Assembly: GCA_964106645.2 (NCBI GenBank)
Contig: OZ067039.1
Length of the DNA: 64,000 nucleotides
Direction: 5' to 3' (one strand)
DNA from: Podarcis pityusensis
Taxonomy: Eukaryota
Positions 34,981 through 47,582 of this stretch are shown here, in pieces. The notes under the pieces are model-generated. The model did not search any database. It had not been told where the DNA came from and saw only the letters and a program-made list of their open reading frames with translations. How positions within the stretch are numbered: position 1 is the stretch's first letter; each line of letters starts with the position of its first letter. The translations under genes were made by a program, and so were the position numbers.

Positions 34981-37384
34981 CTTCTGTGCTTTATTTCAGA
35001 ATAATTCCATATACTATAGGGACATCATTCTCTGTGTTTGTGGTGTCTATTTTAAATTGTGTTTAAAAATCATTTACTCTTTGTGTTCAAGACTGCCTTA
35101 AACCTTTCACAGGGTGATAGGGCTTTTTTTCAGCAGGAACTCACTGTAACTCAGTCCTGGCACCTGTCAGGTGGACGCTATTGCCATTATAAGAGAACAA
35201 GGGAGGCGCTCACTGTGAGTTCTGGCACCTATTTTTCCTAGAAAAATAGCACTGAGGCATGAGAGCTTGGCCTGCCAAACTTCCCCACTTAGGGCAAGCC
35301 ATGACCGCCCACCTATACCTGATGCCATATTGATAAGGGCAGGGCTTGACTGAAAGGCTGGAGTCTGGAGGACTGTAGGCCCAAAATTGCTTTATTCAGC
35401 TCCCAAAGCACCCACCAACCAGAGCCTTTGAAGCGCTGCACAAAGCAGGAACCCAGTGCTAAGCAGGCTATCTCCCCCTTCACATCAGATGATACAAAGG
35501 GAGAGAAATCTTGCTGAGTTCAGGTGCACTAAGCAAGCTCTCCATGCTCCCATTAGGAGAGGGGGGATCCTTCTTGGTACTGGGCTCAGGAAATCAACTG
35601 GGCACTCCAGCAAGCTCATTCCATCCGAAACTCAGTGCAAAAAGGGAAGAGGGGGGGTAGTCCCTTCCCTTTTAAGTCAGATCTTCTTGTGATCTCAAAG
35701 AGCTCCAAAGGCTTATGCCCACTTTTCTGTTAATAGGCCTGATCTTGCTGCAGTCTTAAAGGGGAGGGGGACGTGCAAATTCTTGCAAAAGCTTTGGTGG
35801 TCCCACCCCTTTAAGATTGCAGTGAGATTTGGCTTAAAAGAGACTCCCAAAGGCTTCTTCCCACTTTCCCTTTTAAGACCAATCTTGTTCCAATGGGAGT
35901 GAAAGGGATTTTGACATCAACTTTGGCCCATGAGACAGATCTTGATAAGAATCTGACCCACAGAGCCAGAAACGTAGCCCTCGTGATAAGGTATGGTCTT
36001 TGTGTGGTAAGAGTCGTCAGGTCCAGATATTTGGGCAACAGCTGGCCTGGAAAGGAATTGGTAAAACTTGGTCCAGTGTGGAAGTCCATTCCCACCATGT
36101 CTTGAATGGAGGATTGAACTAAATAACTTTAGTTTCACTTCTGCTCATGGTCTCAGGACTAGTTTGGTAGTCCCATGAGCATAAAAAGTCTGGTAACCCC
36201 ACAAATCAAATGGAACTATTTTGAAATAAAGTGGTTTAATGTTCAGTCCAAAGCTTAAGCAAGCAGAATATTATGAAATACATAAAACAAGTTGTTGATT
36301 TTTTTAAAAAAAATATTGTTTTATTTAAAAAGAAGCAAAGTGTGTGAGAGAGAGCACATAAAATCCATTTCATTGGTATCACTCTCAATAGCTTTAATTG
36401 TAGGGAAAGAACAGATGTTTGACATCAGTAGTGTTTACATGCCCGTAAGGCTTAATTTCTTCATAGTTCTTTGTAAAGAGCATAAACAATGACAGAAACA
36501 CAAAGGAATGAGCTGTGGCAATGATAAAAATTTTGCACTTGCAAACATTTCAGTATGGGAAGAAGACACATAATAATCTAAAACATTATTACCGTTTTCT
36601 ATTTTTATCGACAGTTTTGCCAGGAACAGTTGCTGCTTTTATTATGATTAATCTGCTTCATTGTTTTTCGTTCTGAAAAAAGACATAGGAGTATCATAAT
36701 ATTCTTTTGAACCTATTTTGGAGATGTATTTGCCTGTGTTTGGCACTAGGCCATTAAGCAAGAGGAGCTGACAAAACTTACTATGTGTCAGCTGTATACC
36801 TTAGTAAGAAACAAAAATGAGTGGTTGATTATAAACTGGATTTATTTGTTAGCCTAATAATCACAGTATAGTTAACCAGCCTAACTTCATTGCATTCTTA
36901 ACTTCAAAGGGAGTCTCACTTTTAGGGACACATTCCTTAAATTGGATTATCGATCACTTGCACCTGCAAATGCAACCACCTTACGTTTTGTGATATCAGT
37001 TCTACATTCTTCTGTGTTTCTACAAGTGATTTATGGTGGAAAAGTTAAGACCAGTCTGTACTGAATTTTGAACCTGAAATCAAGACTTCACTTTATTTGG
37101 AGAAAGCTTAAATGAGCTGCAGGCTTTTTTTGTTTGTTTTGTTTTTGGTCTGTGCTTTTAATCCCCGCCCCCCCCGAACAATAGTAGTTAGTTAATTACT
37201 TTATTTCTCCTGTACCTTCACACAGGGTACATGAAATGTTTGAGACCTTTCTTATGGTTACTTGAGCCAAAGCGTTATTCTGAGTCATGCTGCCTTATAA
37301 TATATGGAGAAGGTGACCGTTGTCATCTCAGAAAATATAAACTGAAGTTGTTAGGTGCTGCATATTCCCTTCTTGTTTGACATA

Positions 37385-37530
37385 CAGTGAGGAGGAAAAG
37401 TATTTCCTGTTGTTATTCTGTCTCTCACAGCTACAATAAACCTGCCATTAAAATTATGGGCTGGTCATTTCTTCATCAGAGGGCAAACGGGCAAATTTAG
37501 CAGGGGATCGGATACTTTTTCCCCTCACTG
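37385..37530. mobile_element. Short Tc1-like MITE / internally deleted Tc1
   Basis: TIRs cagtgaggaggaaaagtat / atactttttcccctcactg with TA flanks. Confidence 0.7.
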
Positions 37531-39786
37531 TATATGCCGCTTGTAGCTCAAGGGACATTTATGGACGTTGACTTAATTCCATTAGGACTTCAGCCTAATT
37601 TCATGTGAGTGGCAAAGAGGAGAAAAAACAAGGAGGAGGGACAGAGAAAGGGAGGAGGATAGAGAGAGAGAGAGAGAGAAAAGAAGCTGACCTATTCACT
37701 ATTTGTTCTGGCTCTGCCCACTGCTGGCATGTGGCCTGCAGCAGGGAATGCAGTCATTGATTAAGAAATGTTTCCCATCCCTGGGCTAAAGCAATTGTTA
37801 CAAACCTACATTAAAAATTGCTGTGCAAAAATTCACTTCAGGAGCAGCTTTAAAGATGTATAGGTCCATGATAGACGAAGTTGTTTGTTCGGAAGACCTG
37901 GGGTTAAAATTGGGAGAGTCTCTTGAAACCACACAGTATGTCCCTGGAATTTCACAACATCATTCAGAGTAGGTTTTTGGGGAGGGGCAATGGAGTGACA
38001 GCTGCCAGTGGGGTCTCTATTCCCTGAATGCTAGTAGAATGCCACTACAACAGGAGATGATGATGATGATGATGATATATAAATTATTATTTATACCCCA
38101 CCCATCTGGCTGAGTTTCCCAACCCACTCTTGGCGGCTGCCAACAGAATATTAAAAACACAATAAAACATCAACCTTTCAGGGCTTCTGTACCTGCTCCC
38201 ACAAACAGAGAGCACCAGCTCATTAAAGGCAAGCAGATCTGCACTGGCAGCCCCATTGTGCTCCCAGTACTTACAAACTGGGTGGAAGATTGATTTCTTG
38301 AATTTCTACTGGCAGTGGAGCTGGGTTGAGTATAGCTTCTTTGGAGCCTCAGAACTTGGGGCCATGGAGATCCCCAACAGTGGTGGTAGATGCAAGCTGT
38401 CACGCTCCACCCAGATGTGGGTTCCTACAGCCTCTGGGACCTCAGCAGGTAACGGTTTCCCCTTCCTTCCATTGACAGGCATTGTATGGGGTTATCTGGA
38501 GTGTAGCACCTGAGATGGTGCACTGGGTCATGCATCATCAGATCACACTGCTGGCATGTGGTGGCTGTTCTCCATTTGGGGGCATCTCCCTGGGTATTGC
38601 TGAGCAGCAGCTGTCTATGGAATGCCATTTTTGCTACACCCAGACCTACCATGATGAAAACACCTTGTGACATAATGGGCCTGTCTCCAGGATGCCTCGC
38701 CTTTCTAGCAGCCCTGGCCGGACCACCTCCCATTGCTGCCCATACCTGTAGGCACTTATGCCTTATTAGCATGCTGCAAGCTCCCCAGGCTGCTTGTTCA
38801 CCTTGGTCCAGCAACCTGATGTCTAAGATTATTCCTTCTGCTTTCTGGGTGTTTCATGGTATCCATCTGTTTCCCTGTTGAATTTCAAAACACACTTCAA
38901 GAAGATATGTGGCATTTCTCACTTATGGCTGTGGTAAACTGATTGCAACTGAGAAAATGTAGAAGACCGGTTTGAGAATCCCTTTAATATAAACTATTAA
39001 ATTCTTGGGCAATATAAAATAAAAGCGATCCAATCTTGCCAAAGCACATACATTATTGTTGGCTTACACTGGCTGAACACCCCCCCTTTTAAGGAGTTCT
39101 CTGTGTATTATAGTACTCTTTTTGCCTTCATTTGATTGCTTGGTGCATTTTGTTTTCAGCAATTATTTTTCAGTGTTAACTTCGGTGCCCAACATACTTT
39201 TATAATTATATACTGTTATTTGCATTTACAAGCATCTTGCATTTATTTAGATTATGTTTGTAGACAATATGGACAGAATTAGTGAAAGACAAGGCAGGAT
39301 TATTTGAAGGCACTGGATATTTTTCATATCCAGAATCTTTTTACTAATTATTCAAACAGAATATATTTGTCTTTGTGGGTTTCAGTTTAAATTATCCATT
39401 GATCAGTTTTCCTATCATTGTTTTGCGCCCTTTTTTGTTTGTTTGCATTATTATTTTTATTTTGCAAGAACTGTAGGAAGGCAGGGAACAGTTGGGATGC
39501 TATTGCAGGTGCAATAAGAGAAAATGGGAATTGACCTCATGCAAATTGAGACCAATATATGGGTACTTGCAAGTAGAAAACAGTTTGTTGTTGAAAAAGG
39601 CTTTTTCTACTTGTCTAACTTCAGCTGAAACCATTTTCAACAGATTGATATTTATTTATATAAATAAATAAAATGAGTGACTTTAACTTTTAAAATATTG
39701 AGCTTATTTTGGAGGTTGGTAAAAAACAATAATATTATTTTGTTTCTCTTGAAGCTGATCAATATATTTAAATTTTCCATTTGCAG

Positions 39787-39873
39787 CTGGAGATGAAATC
39801 CAAACTAATGGAAGCTAGAATTCAAGAAGAAAAGCTTAAATTACAGCAGAAGCACGATGGAGATGTTCAGAAG
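39787..39873 (+). CDS. CEP112: CEP112 coding exon (LEMKSKLMEARIQEEKLKLQQKHDGDVQK)
   Basis: ttgcag / gtatag splice sites. Conserved EEKLKLQQKHD. Confidence 0.93.
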
Positions 39874-41084
39874 GTATAGTATATTGTGAAAAAGGTTTGA
39901 ATGATGATTGTATATGACATTGTAGTGTGCAAGGAAATAATAAAAGTAAAGCTTTTCCTTAGGCAGTTTAGCCAGTATTTGGCTTTAAAATAGGATTCCA
40001 TTGGCTATGTGAAACGCTCGAAAACTGATATGAATGGGATTTTGTATATTGGAATAATAAGAATTTTTGGATGCAGCATTGTGCTGTCTTTTGTAGCTTG
40101 CACTGATCATGTTAGTAGGATTACAAACTACTTGGCCTTGGTAGGCAGTTCCACTTATATGGGAAAATGCACATATGTGCTTGCTTGCGCACAAACACGA
40201 AAATTTGAACACTCCTAAAACCCTGTATTTTGCTACTGTAACTTGGTGGTGATGCATGTGAGAGAGGTTCTGCAAATGGCTTGAAGCCTGCTGTCTAAAG
40301 AGCTGTGGTAAAAGCTTTGGCAACCACTGAGGTGGATTTCAGTCGATAGGGCTTGTGGCTATTTCTTTGTATTTGCCAGAACAGAAGTTGGTCCCACTGG
40401 TGGTACAAGAGAGCACGTTATCTCCCAACTAGTTAATCCCATGCTACATTGGTAATAGCATTTGTAGATCCTACATTGGTAATAGCATTTGATTGTTGGA
40501 AACATTTCTCATTTTGTTAATAGGCATTCCATTGGCTCTGTAAAACCTTCCAATTACCAAGAAGTCTTGTGTTTACTACTAGATTTACATCAGAAGGTCT
40601 GAGGGAGTTAATTTTTATTTATTTATTTAGAAGAGTTTGCAAAGAGCACATAATGCCAAACACAGTTTAGTTTAATGTGGCTTAACATCCAATTAACTTC
40701 TGACTAGTATAAGCTACAATTCAGAGTATTTCCACTTACAACGCTCCATGAGCAGAAGGCCGCTGCCACATAAAGAAGGGTTTTTAGCGAACTGAAATCC
40801 AGAAGTGTACTTCCGTTTGTGCAAGGCACTGCACAGTCCCTTGCGTGAGGTTTTGCTCAACATCTCAAGACGCATGCTGGCACAACGGCTTGCATGGTAC
40901 TGCAGGCTGTCTTCCACTAGTCCCTGCATAACAGTTAATGGGGCAGTACCACTGCCAGAATTACTAATGCCCATGTACCTCTGGATCTAACTTCATGTTT
41001 TCTATGGGTTATGGAGTGATTCTCTTATGGGACCCTCTGAAGCAGAAGGGACATACTTTGGGGTACCATATATGTCACCTGAGG

Positions 41085-41740
41085 TATAGGAGTCCTTGGT
41101 GGTTAGCAGTGTCTTGTATCAGCTTTGGCTGGTATGCCTGCTACAGCAGCTCCTGGATAGGAACAGCTTGGCCACTGTAGTCCATGCACTGGTAGTCTCA
41201 AGACTAGATTATGTGCTTTATCTGCGACTGCCCTTGGGCAGTCCAAAGCTTGAGCTAGTGTGGAATACTGCACCTAGACTGGTGGTGGGAACAGACAACC
41301 GCCAGCTCATTCCAAAAGTGTTAAAAGATCTGTACTGACTTCCCATCTGCTAGCGGACCAGGTTTAAGGTTCTCATACTAGTAGTGTGCAAAGCTCTGAA
41401 CAATTTAGACCCAGGACACCTTAAGAATTGTCTTACACTGTATGTCCCAGATTGATTGCTGAGATCACATAGGGCAGTAATGTTATTGGGCCAGAAGCAT
41501 AACTCACGTCATCGAGGAGTTATTCCTTCCTTCAGCGTAGTGCATCCAACTCTGTCCCTTACTCACTTTCACATGCAAGAGGGGGGTCTTTGCGGTGTGA
41601 ATGCTGTTTTGATGTTTTCTTCTCCAGTGTTTTAATTTATCTTTACATTTTGTGCATTGTAAATTTTAATTTTGTAAGCTGTTTTGAGACCCAGATGTGG
41701 TGAAAAGTGGGGTATAAACTTTCTGAATAAATGAAATACA
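41085..41740 (+). mobile_element. Degraded L2 LINE 3' portion
   Basis: Translation ATVVHALVVSRLDY...LPL...KLELVWNTAPRLV is typical of the L2 ORF2 C-terminus, followed by a (TAAA)-like tail. Confidence 0.7.
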
Positions 41741-43842
41741 TAAAATGCATGCTGTAGCACTGAGTATCTTGCAGGGTACTAGCAGGGTAATAATAGAAGT
41801 TAATTTGTTGTAATGACGCAGAGGGGATAGCAGTACTGAAAATCTGTCGAAAGACTTGGTGAATGTTGGTTTTTCATGCTTGTTTGCTTTGTTTTAAGGC
41901 TATGCTGTTTGGGGATTTTTCTTATACTGTGTTGATTTTGTGTAAAATGTGTTGTGAACCTTTGTAGAAAGGCAGGGTATAAATTCATACGTAATAATGA
42001 TAACATTGTTTGACCCCAAAGTATAAAACATTGAAGATTCCTCAAAAGGATTGTAATATTTGGCAATGTACATATTTTGTTAATTGGCTCTTGCCACTGT
42101 GTCTAGGTGCTGAATATGAGAGGATGTAAGAGTTTTGAAAGAATAACATGGAATGGGAGGTTGGTCAACCCAAGGCACCAACAGCTCCCAAAGGTGTCCA
42201 GTGTGAAACCACATCCTCTTAAACAGTAATGTTAGGATTGGTGTCAGAGGCAATATGATTTCTCAGTTAAAGTTCACTTGTACCAGAACTCTGAGCTGAG
42301 CCTGGGGTGAGTAAATGTCCTGGGTGGTTGAAGATGAAGTGAATCTGTTGATGGAGACCTCAACAAGGAGTACAGTCATGAATCCTGGCCAGGTCTCTCG
42401 TATGTCAGCCAAACTGAGAAAGAATATACTGTAACAGCATAAGAAAACTGAAAGATATGTTGGCAAGATCGGTGGCAAAAGGTGATGGGATATGGAGATG
42501 GTTGGGAAGCAGTTTCCCCTCAGCTCCCCTCAAAAAAGTGGTCCTAATTGCTTTGAGCATAGTAAGAGATTAAAAGAAGACCCAGTGGACATTTTGCCTC
42601 CAGTCTGTAACTTTACTATATATTTGTATTCCAGATTCACAGTGTGGGTGAAAGTAATGCCTTGCTTCCTTTAAGTTTATGCATTGCTGAGAGTGAATAG
42701 GAAATGTCCGTGTGTCATGAACTGAAAGACAGTGAGGCAGAACATTATTTTATAAATTTGTGGGATATCCTGTGGTATTTCATGACCACATGTGGTACAG
42801 TGGAGAGCTGGCAGTTTTGCAAATAACCAAGTTTTATTGTTACAATCAATGGAAGTAGACCATTGTCTAGGCCTGTAGGAGCCATAGCAGTTTGGGTTTG
42901 TATATTCAGCCCAGTACAAAAGGCATAGGGCAAGAAAACGTACATTTCTATACTATTCAGAATTGCGAGTACCACTAAATATTGGGTGAGTGTAAAGGGA
43001 ATAGAATATATTTTTCACAAAGGTGAGATTGTGGCCAGAGAATATGGCGGTGGGAATTATCCCAGGATTTGGGGAATCCACTGAAAAGTTTAAGCTGGTT
43101 AATAATCATAAATATGTACAGCCCTGTATTCTGGGGAGGTTTAGAACAAAAATATTGCCCTTGCTTTTCCTTTGAAACTAGTAGTTTTGTTTTGACTGAC
43201 ACAGCAGGGTCTCCAGATGAGATGTCCTATGGTATTCTAAAGTAAAGAATAATCCTTTTATTATTATTTTTTGTTTGCAGACTGAATACCGAGTTCTTTT
43301 GTAAAGAAAACATTTCATCTTGAATGTTTTCTTCACTGTGTTCATGAACATTCTTTTCTTTTCTTGCTGGGATCCCAAAGGATTAAACAGAGCATTTAGC
43401 AATAATACTTACACTTGCATTTTAGAGTTCTCTTTCAGAACTTGTTAGACTTCAAAATTCTTTATATGATTGCAAAGGGATGTTGATGCCTTGGGGAAAA
43501 TAAATCTTCTCAAAATCAGTCTTTTGTGTAACGTTTTCCCCTCTTTTCAGTTCCTTTCACAAAGGACATTTACACTAAAACTGTACGAGTCTTTTAAAAA
43601 GTTTTGTGCTGTTTTGACCAGCTGAATTCATCCTTTGTTTATGTTACATTTAGTTGCTCTAAATACTTTCTAAATTCACAAATCCTTATTAAGAGTGTGA
43701 GAAATACACACTTCATGGAGTTTCTTTTAATATACCAAATTTATCTTGGTTCCTGCTGATACTGTACTGTATTCTGATTGTAGTCTTTCCTGTATATACT
43801 TAGCCTCATAGATTTACTAAGCACTGGTGATTTTTCCTATAG

Positions 43843-43942
43843 ATTTTGGACAGAAAGAATAATGAAACTGAGGTACTGAAGACCTTGTACAAAACTAAGC
43901 AGAGTGAAGCTGAAGAGACCATTCGAAAGCTTGAAAAAAAAG
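43843..43942 (+). CDS. CEP112: CEP112 coding exon (ILDRKNNETEVLKTLYKTKQSEAEETIRKLEKK)
   Basis: ctatag / gtgatg splice sites. Ends in phase 1. Confidence 0.93.
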
Positions 43943-44985
43943 GTGATGAAGCATAAACAAAGTACTCTGGACTCAAAAGTATTAATTTTCACCTTATCTA
44001 ACTAGAGGCAAATATTTAGGACTTTGTCAGAAATTGCTTCTCAAACTAGCTTTGCCATGGATTGCTACAGAACAAAAAAGAGCATCCCTGTTCTCTTTGG
44101 TTAGATCTTCTCAGCAGCCTTTGTAAAAGGAAGCAGGATGAGTCTGCTGGCATGCTGGTCAACAGCTACTGTTGGGAGTTATTGTCTCATTTGGAGGGTA
44201 TACCTTTGAACCTGCATAGAATTAATCTGAATACATTTGAAGAGTCTTAATTGTTTTGTTGTTAGAAGCATTTGAGCACCATGAGCTTTGCTTGGTTTTC
44301 TAAAGTGAAATTATTTGGCCCAGGACTGTTCTGCCAAACCAATGGGCACCCCCTCTCCACCACCCCAATACCAGCCCCCATGTCCTATGACAAACTACTT
44401 TTGCAACTTGGGATTAAAAAAACAACAATATGGCAGCGTAGTCCATTAATCAGATGAGAAACAAACAAAATCTTGGTAGACCTATCTACTGAATTCTGTA
44501 CAATTAGAGTACAGAAGGTGACCATTTTGTGCGGGGGTTTCGTTCCACAGAGCATGCATAAATGCCCCCACCCCATTATGCCTTGCCCCCATTAAGCCCT
44601 GCCCTTATCCGGTCCCCATTCTGCCCTCTTCTGGGTCCAAAAGGATCCACACATCGGCAATCATGCGTCAATTGGATGTGTCTAAAATGGTCACTACCTG
44701 TAGTTCTTTGGAACCTGACCACGCTTTCTATTCAAAACATTGATACGTTTTATGATCACACTTATACAGAAATAAATTGGAAGCAAACTAATTTTGACGT
44801 TCAAGGTTTTTTTTAGAAATGTAATCAAAGGCAGGTTTCACACATTAAAATGAAATGCCGCTTTTAAACAAAGTGAGGTCAGCTGGAACACTCATCTGAT
44901 TATATCCGTTGCCAGATGTAATATCAGAAAGGCCCATTTTCTCATGTATTGCATTTTCTTCTTTTATATTTCTCTTTTCTGACAG

Positions 44986-45104
44986 TTCAGACGCTTATCC
45001 GTGAGTCACAAGTTGTTAGAGAAGCAAAGGAAAAGCAAATTGCAGAACTAAAGAAGTTGTGTGAGCAAAGTACAGATTCCTTGAACAATGAATGGGAGAA
45101 AAGG
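44986..45104 (+). CDS. CEP112: CEP112 coding exon ((V)QTLIRESQVVREAKEKQIAELKKLCEQSTDSLNNEWEKR)
   Basis: gacag / gtaatc splice sites. Phase 1 in, phase 0 out. Confidence 0.93.
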
Positions 45105-45272
45105 GTAATCTGTATTTTTTTTCTGGATTCACTATAAATGTAGGAAGATAACCATATGGAAATAATATTTCTATTTTTTAAAAATAATACCTTGCCTTTT
45201 TATAATACCACAGCCATTTTAGGATAGGGGCTACTGAATGCTATCCTAATTTTTGTGTGTGTTTGCGTATAG

Positions 45273-45416
45273 CTCCATAATGCCGTGGCTGAAATGGAAA
45301 AGGAGAAGTTTGACCTTCAGAAAAAACACACGGAAAACATCCAGGAACTGCTGGAGGATACAAATGCACGACTAAGTAAAATGGAAGCAGAATACTTGGC
45401 ACAAAACAAATCAACT
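45273..45416 (+). CDS. CEP112: CEP112 coding exon (LHNAVAEMEKEKFDLQKKHTENIQELLEDTNARLSKMEAEYLAQNKST)
   Basis: gtatag / gtaagt splice sites. Highly conserved coiled-coil peptide. Confidence 0.95.
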
Positions 45417-45975
45417 GTAAGTATTCCAGAGTGTGGAAATTTGTATAGTTCAAGTGACATAAACAAGTGTATTGCAGTGCTGATATAAAAATTTAGATAA
45501 AAAAATTATTTGTGTCACAGAAATATGCGAAAATATTGTCAGGCTGAGAATTATTGTAACTCTTGTGCAGTACAAGACTGTAAACAGTGACATTGCTTTA
45601 CTAAACGGATAGTTGAAGTGGGAACACTGTGTCTCTTCCTCTCCCCCATCCTACTTCACACAAGGTTTCACTTCGCCTCCATGTTTGTTTTGAATATAAT
45701 AGCTGATACATTTTACAGTTTATTGTAAGATTTTTATTATGAAATGGCAGTAGTGATTCAGAGCTCCAGCTAAAGCTTTTCTCCTACTTTTTAGTTCTAT
45801 AGAGAATCAAACCTGTAGAGGTGCAAAACCTGCATTGGAGTGTGGGCCTTGCCTTTTATGGTATTATGGCTAATCAACAACTGGTTCCGCTTTAGGTCAC
45901 ATTTTTTTTCTGTATCATTGTAATAGTGGGTTTCCTTGAGCTAAAGTGTGGATTACTTTCCTGCAATGAGGAGTC

Positions 45976-46062
45976 GTTGTTGTTGTTGTTGTTGTTGTTG
46001 TTGCTGCTGCTCTTCTTCTTCTTCTTCTTCTTCTTCTTCTTCTTCTTCTTCTTCTTCTTCTT
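45976..46062 (+). repeat. Compound (GTT)n(GCT)n(CTT)n microsatellite at an L2 tail
   Basis: Directly visible. Confidence 0.95.
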
Positions 46063-46570
46063 CCATGCTATACATGCAGGTCTCAGGGTGGTTCACAGAA
46101 TAAAATTAGAATATGAAACCACAAAGTACATAATAAAATAAAAATAACAACAACAACCCAATAATCCCTCACCCAACACATTTTCAAAGGGCATAGGATG
46201 TCAGTCAAATCCTGATTAAAAGGGAACGTTTTTGCCTGGTGCCTAAAGGTGTATAATGAAGGCGCCAGGCGAACTTCCCTGGGGAGAGCATTCCACAGAC
46301 TGGGAGCCACTGCAGAGAAGGCCCATTCTCGTGTTGCCACGTTCCGAATGTCTCAGAGGGCCTCAGAAGGTGATATCAGGGTCTGGATAGGTTCATCGGG
46401 AAAGTGGTGGTCCTTGAGGTATTGCGGTCCTGACGCGTTTAAGGCTCTATAGTTCAAAATCAGCACTTTGAATTGGACCCAGAACTGGTAGCCAGTGTAG
46501 TCAGACCAGGATTGGTGTAATGTGCTCAAACTGTCTTGCTCTGGTGAGCAACCTGGCCGCTGAATTCTGC
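46063..46570 (-). mobile_element. L2 LINE 3' fragment
   Basis: AFSAVAPSLWNALP...F..QAKT motif on the - strand. The 3' UTR is shared with 14860-14985. Confidence 0.75.
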
Positions 46571-47337
46571 ATATAATGTAGGTCCATGCCTTTTCCTTAT
46601 GTTTGCACTTTATTTTCCAGTTTTAATGTTCTTAGCATGGGATATTTAAACCTATAAGTTTTATGCTATGATAAATCTGCTCTGCTGGTGTCTCCTGATT
46701 GTTCCATTGCTCCATCTTAATGTTTCTTCGTGGATATTTGCCACATAGGGTGCCAAGAGACCTTATCAAAAGAATTGCTCAGTTAGTTAGAAAATCTCCA
46801 CTTTTTTATCTCCTTCCCCCTGAAGTGACCTACTTTCAGATCTGCAAGTTCAATCAGTTTAGTGTAGAGTGTGAAGAACACAGAGAATTGGAAGGTAGGG
46901 TTGGCCAGATCACTCTGTCTCTGGTTTGTATCTATGTCAAGTGTGTTTATTCAGAAGTCTGTTCCATCCCATTTCTGCAGTTAACTTGCAGATTTTTTAA
47001 AAAAGCTAAATCTCTATGAAAATTCATAGATGCTTAAATATGTGGTTAATCACTGAATACATCTTCAAATACCTATTTTATCTCAATGCACACATTTCTA
47101 AATGTGTTTTTTCATAAAATAAGTACTTCAGAATGCATTTTGGTTCTTTTTTTAAAAGCTAAGAACTGTATCAGAAAATTCCAAGTGCCAAATCTGCAGG
47201 ATATTTATGTTCTGGCCCTTATGGTAGTCCAGGAGGTTCAAATGAGGTCATTTTGCTTAAAAAATTCCTCCCCATCTCTGTTCTGGAAGGCAGAGATGTT
47301 GCAGGAAAACTGACACCTTTCTTGGGTACTGGCAAGT

Positions 47338-47582
47338 CTGGTCATACATCAGGTTTAAGTAGCTTTGGGTTAAGCATTTTCGGGTTGCGCTCTGCAGCGA
47401 CCCGGAAGTAACGGAGTGTATTACTTCCGGGTATCGCTGCTCGCGCATGCGCAGACGCTCAAAATGATGTCACACGCATGTGCGGAAGCGGCAAATCGCA
47501 ACCCACGGATGCAGGTTGCATTCGCTTCAGGATGTGAACGGGGCTCTGGAACGGACCCCATTCGCATCCAGAGGTACCACTG
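47338..47582. mobile_element. MITE family B, second copy
   Basis: Collinear with 12617-12856. The left end is degraded. Confidence 0.75.
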
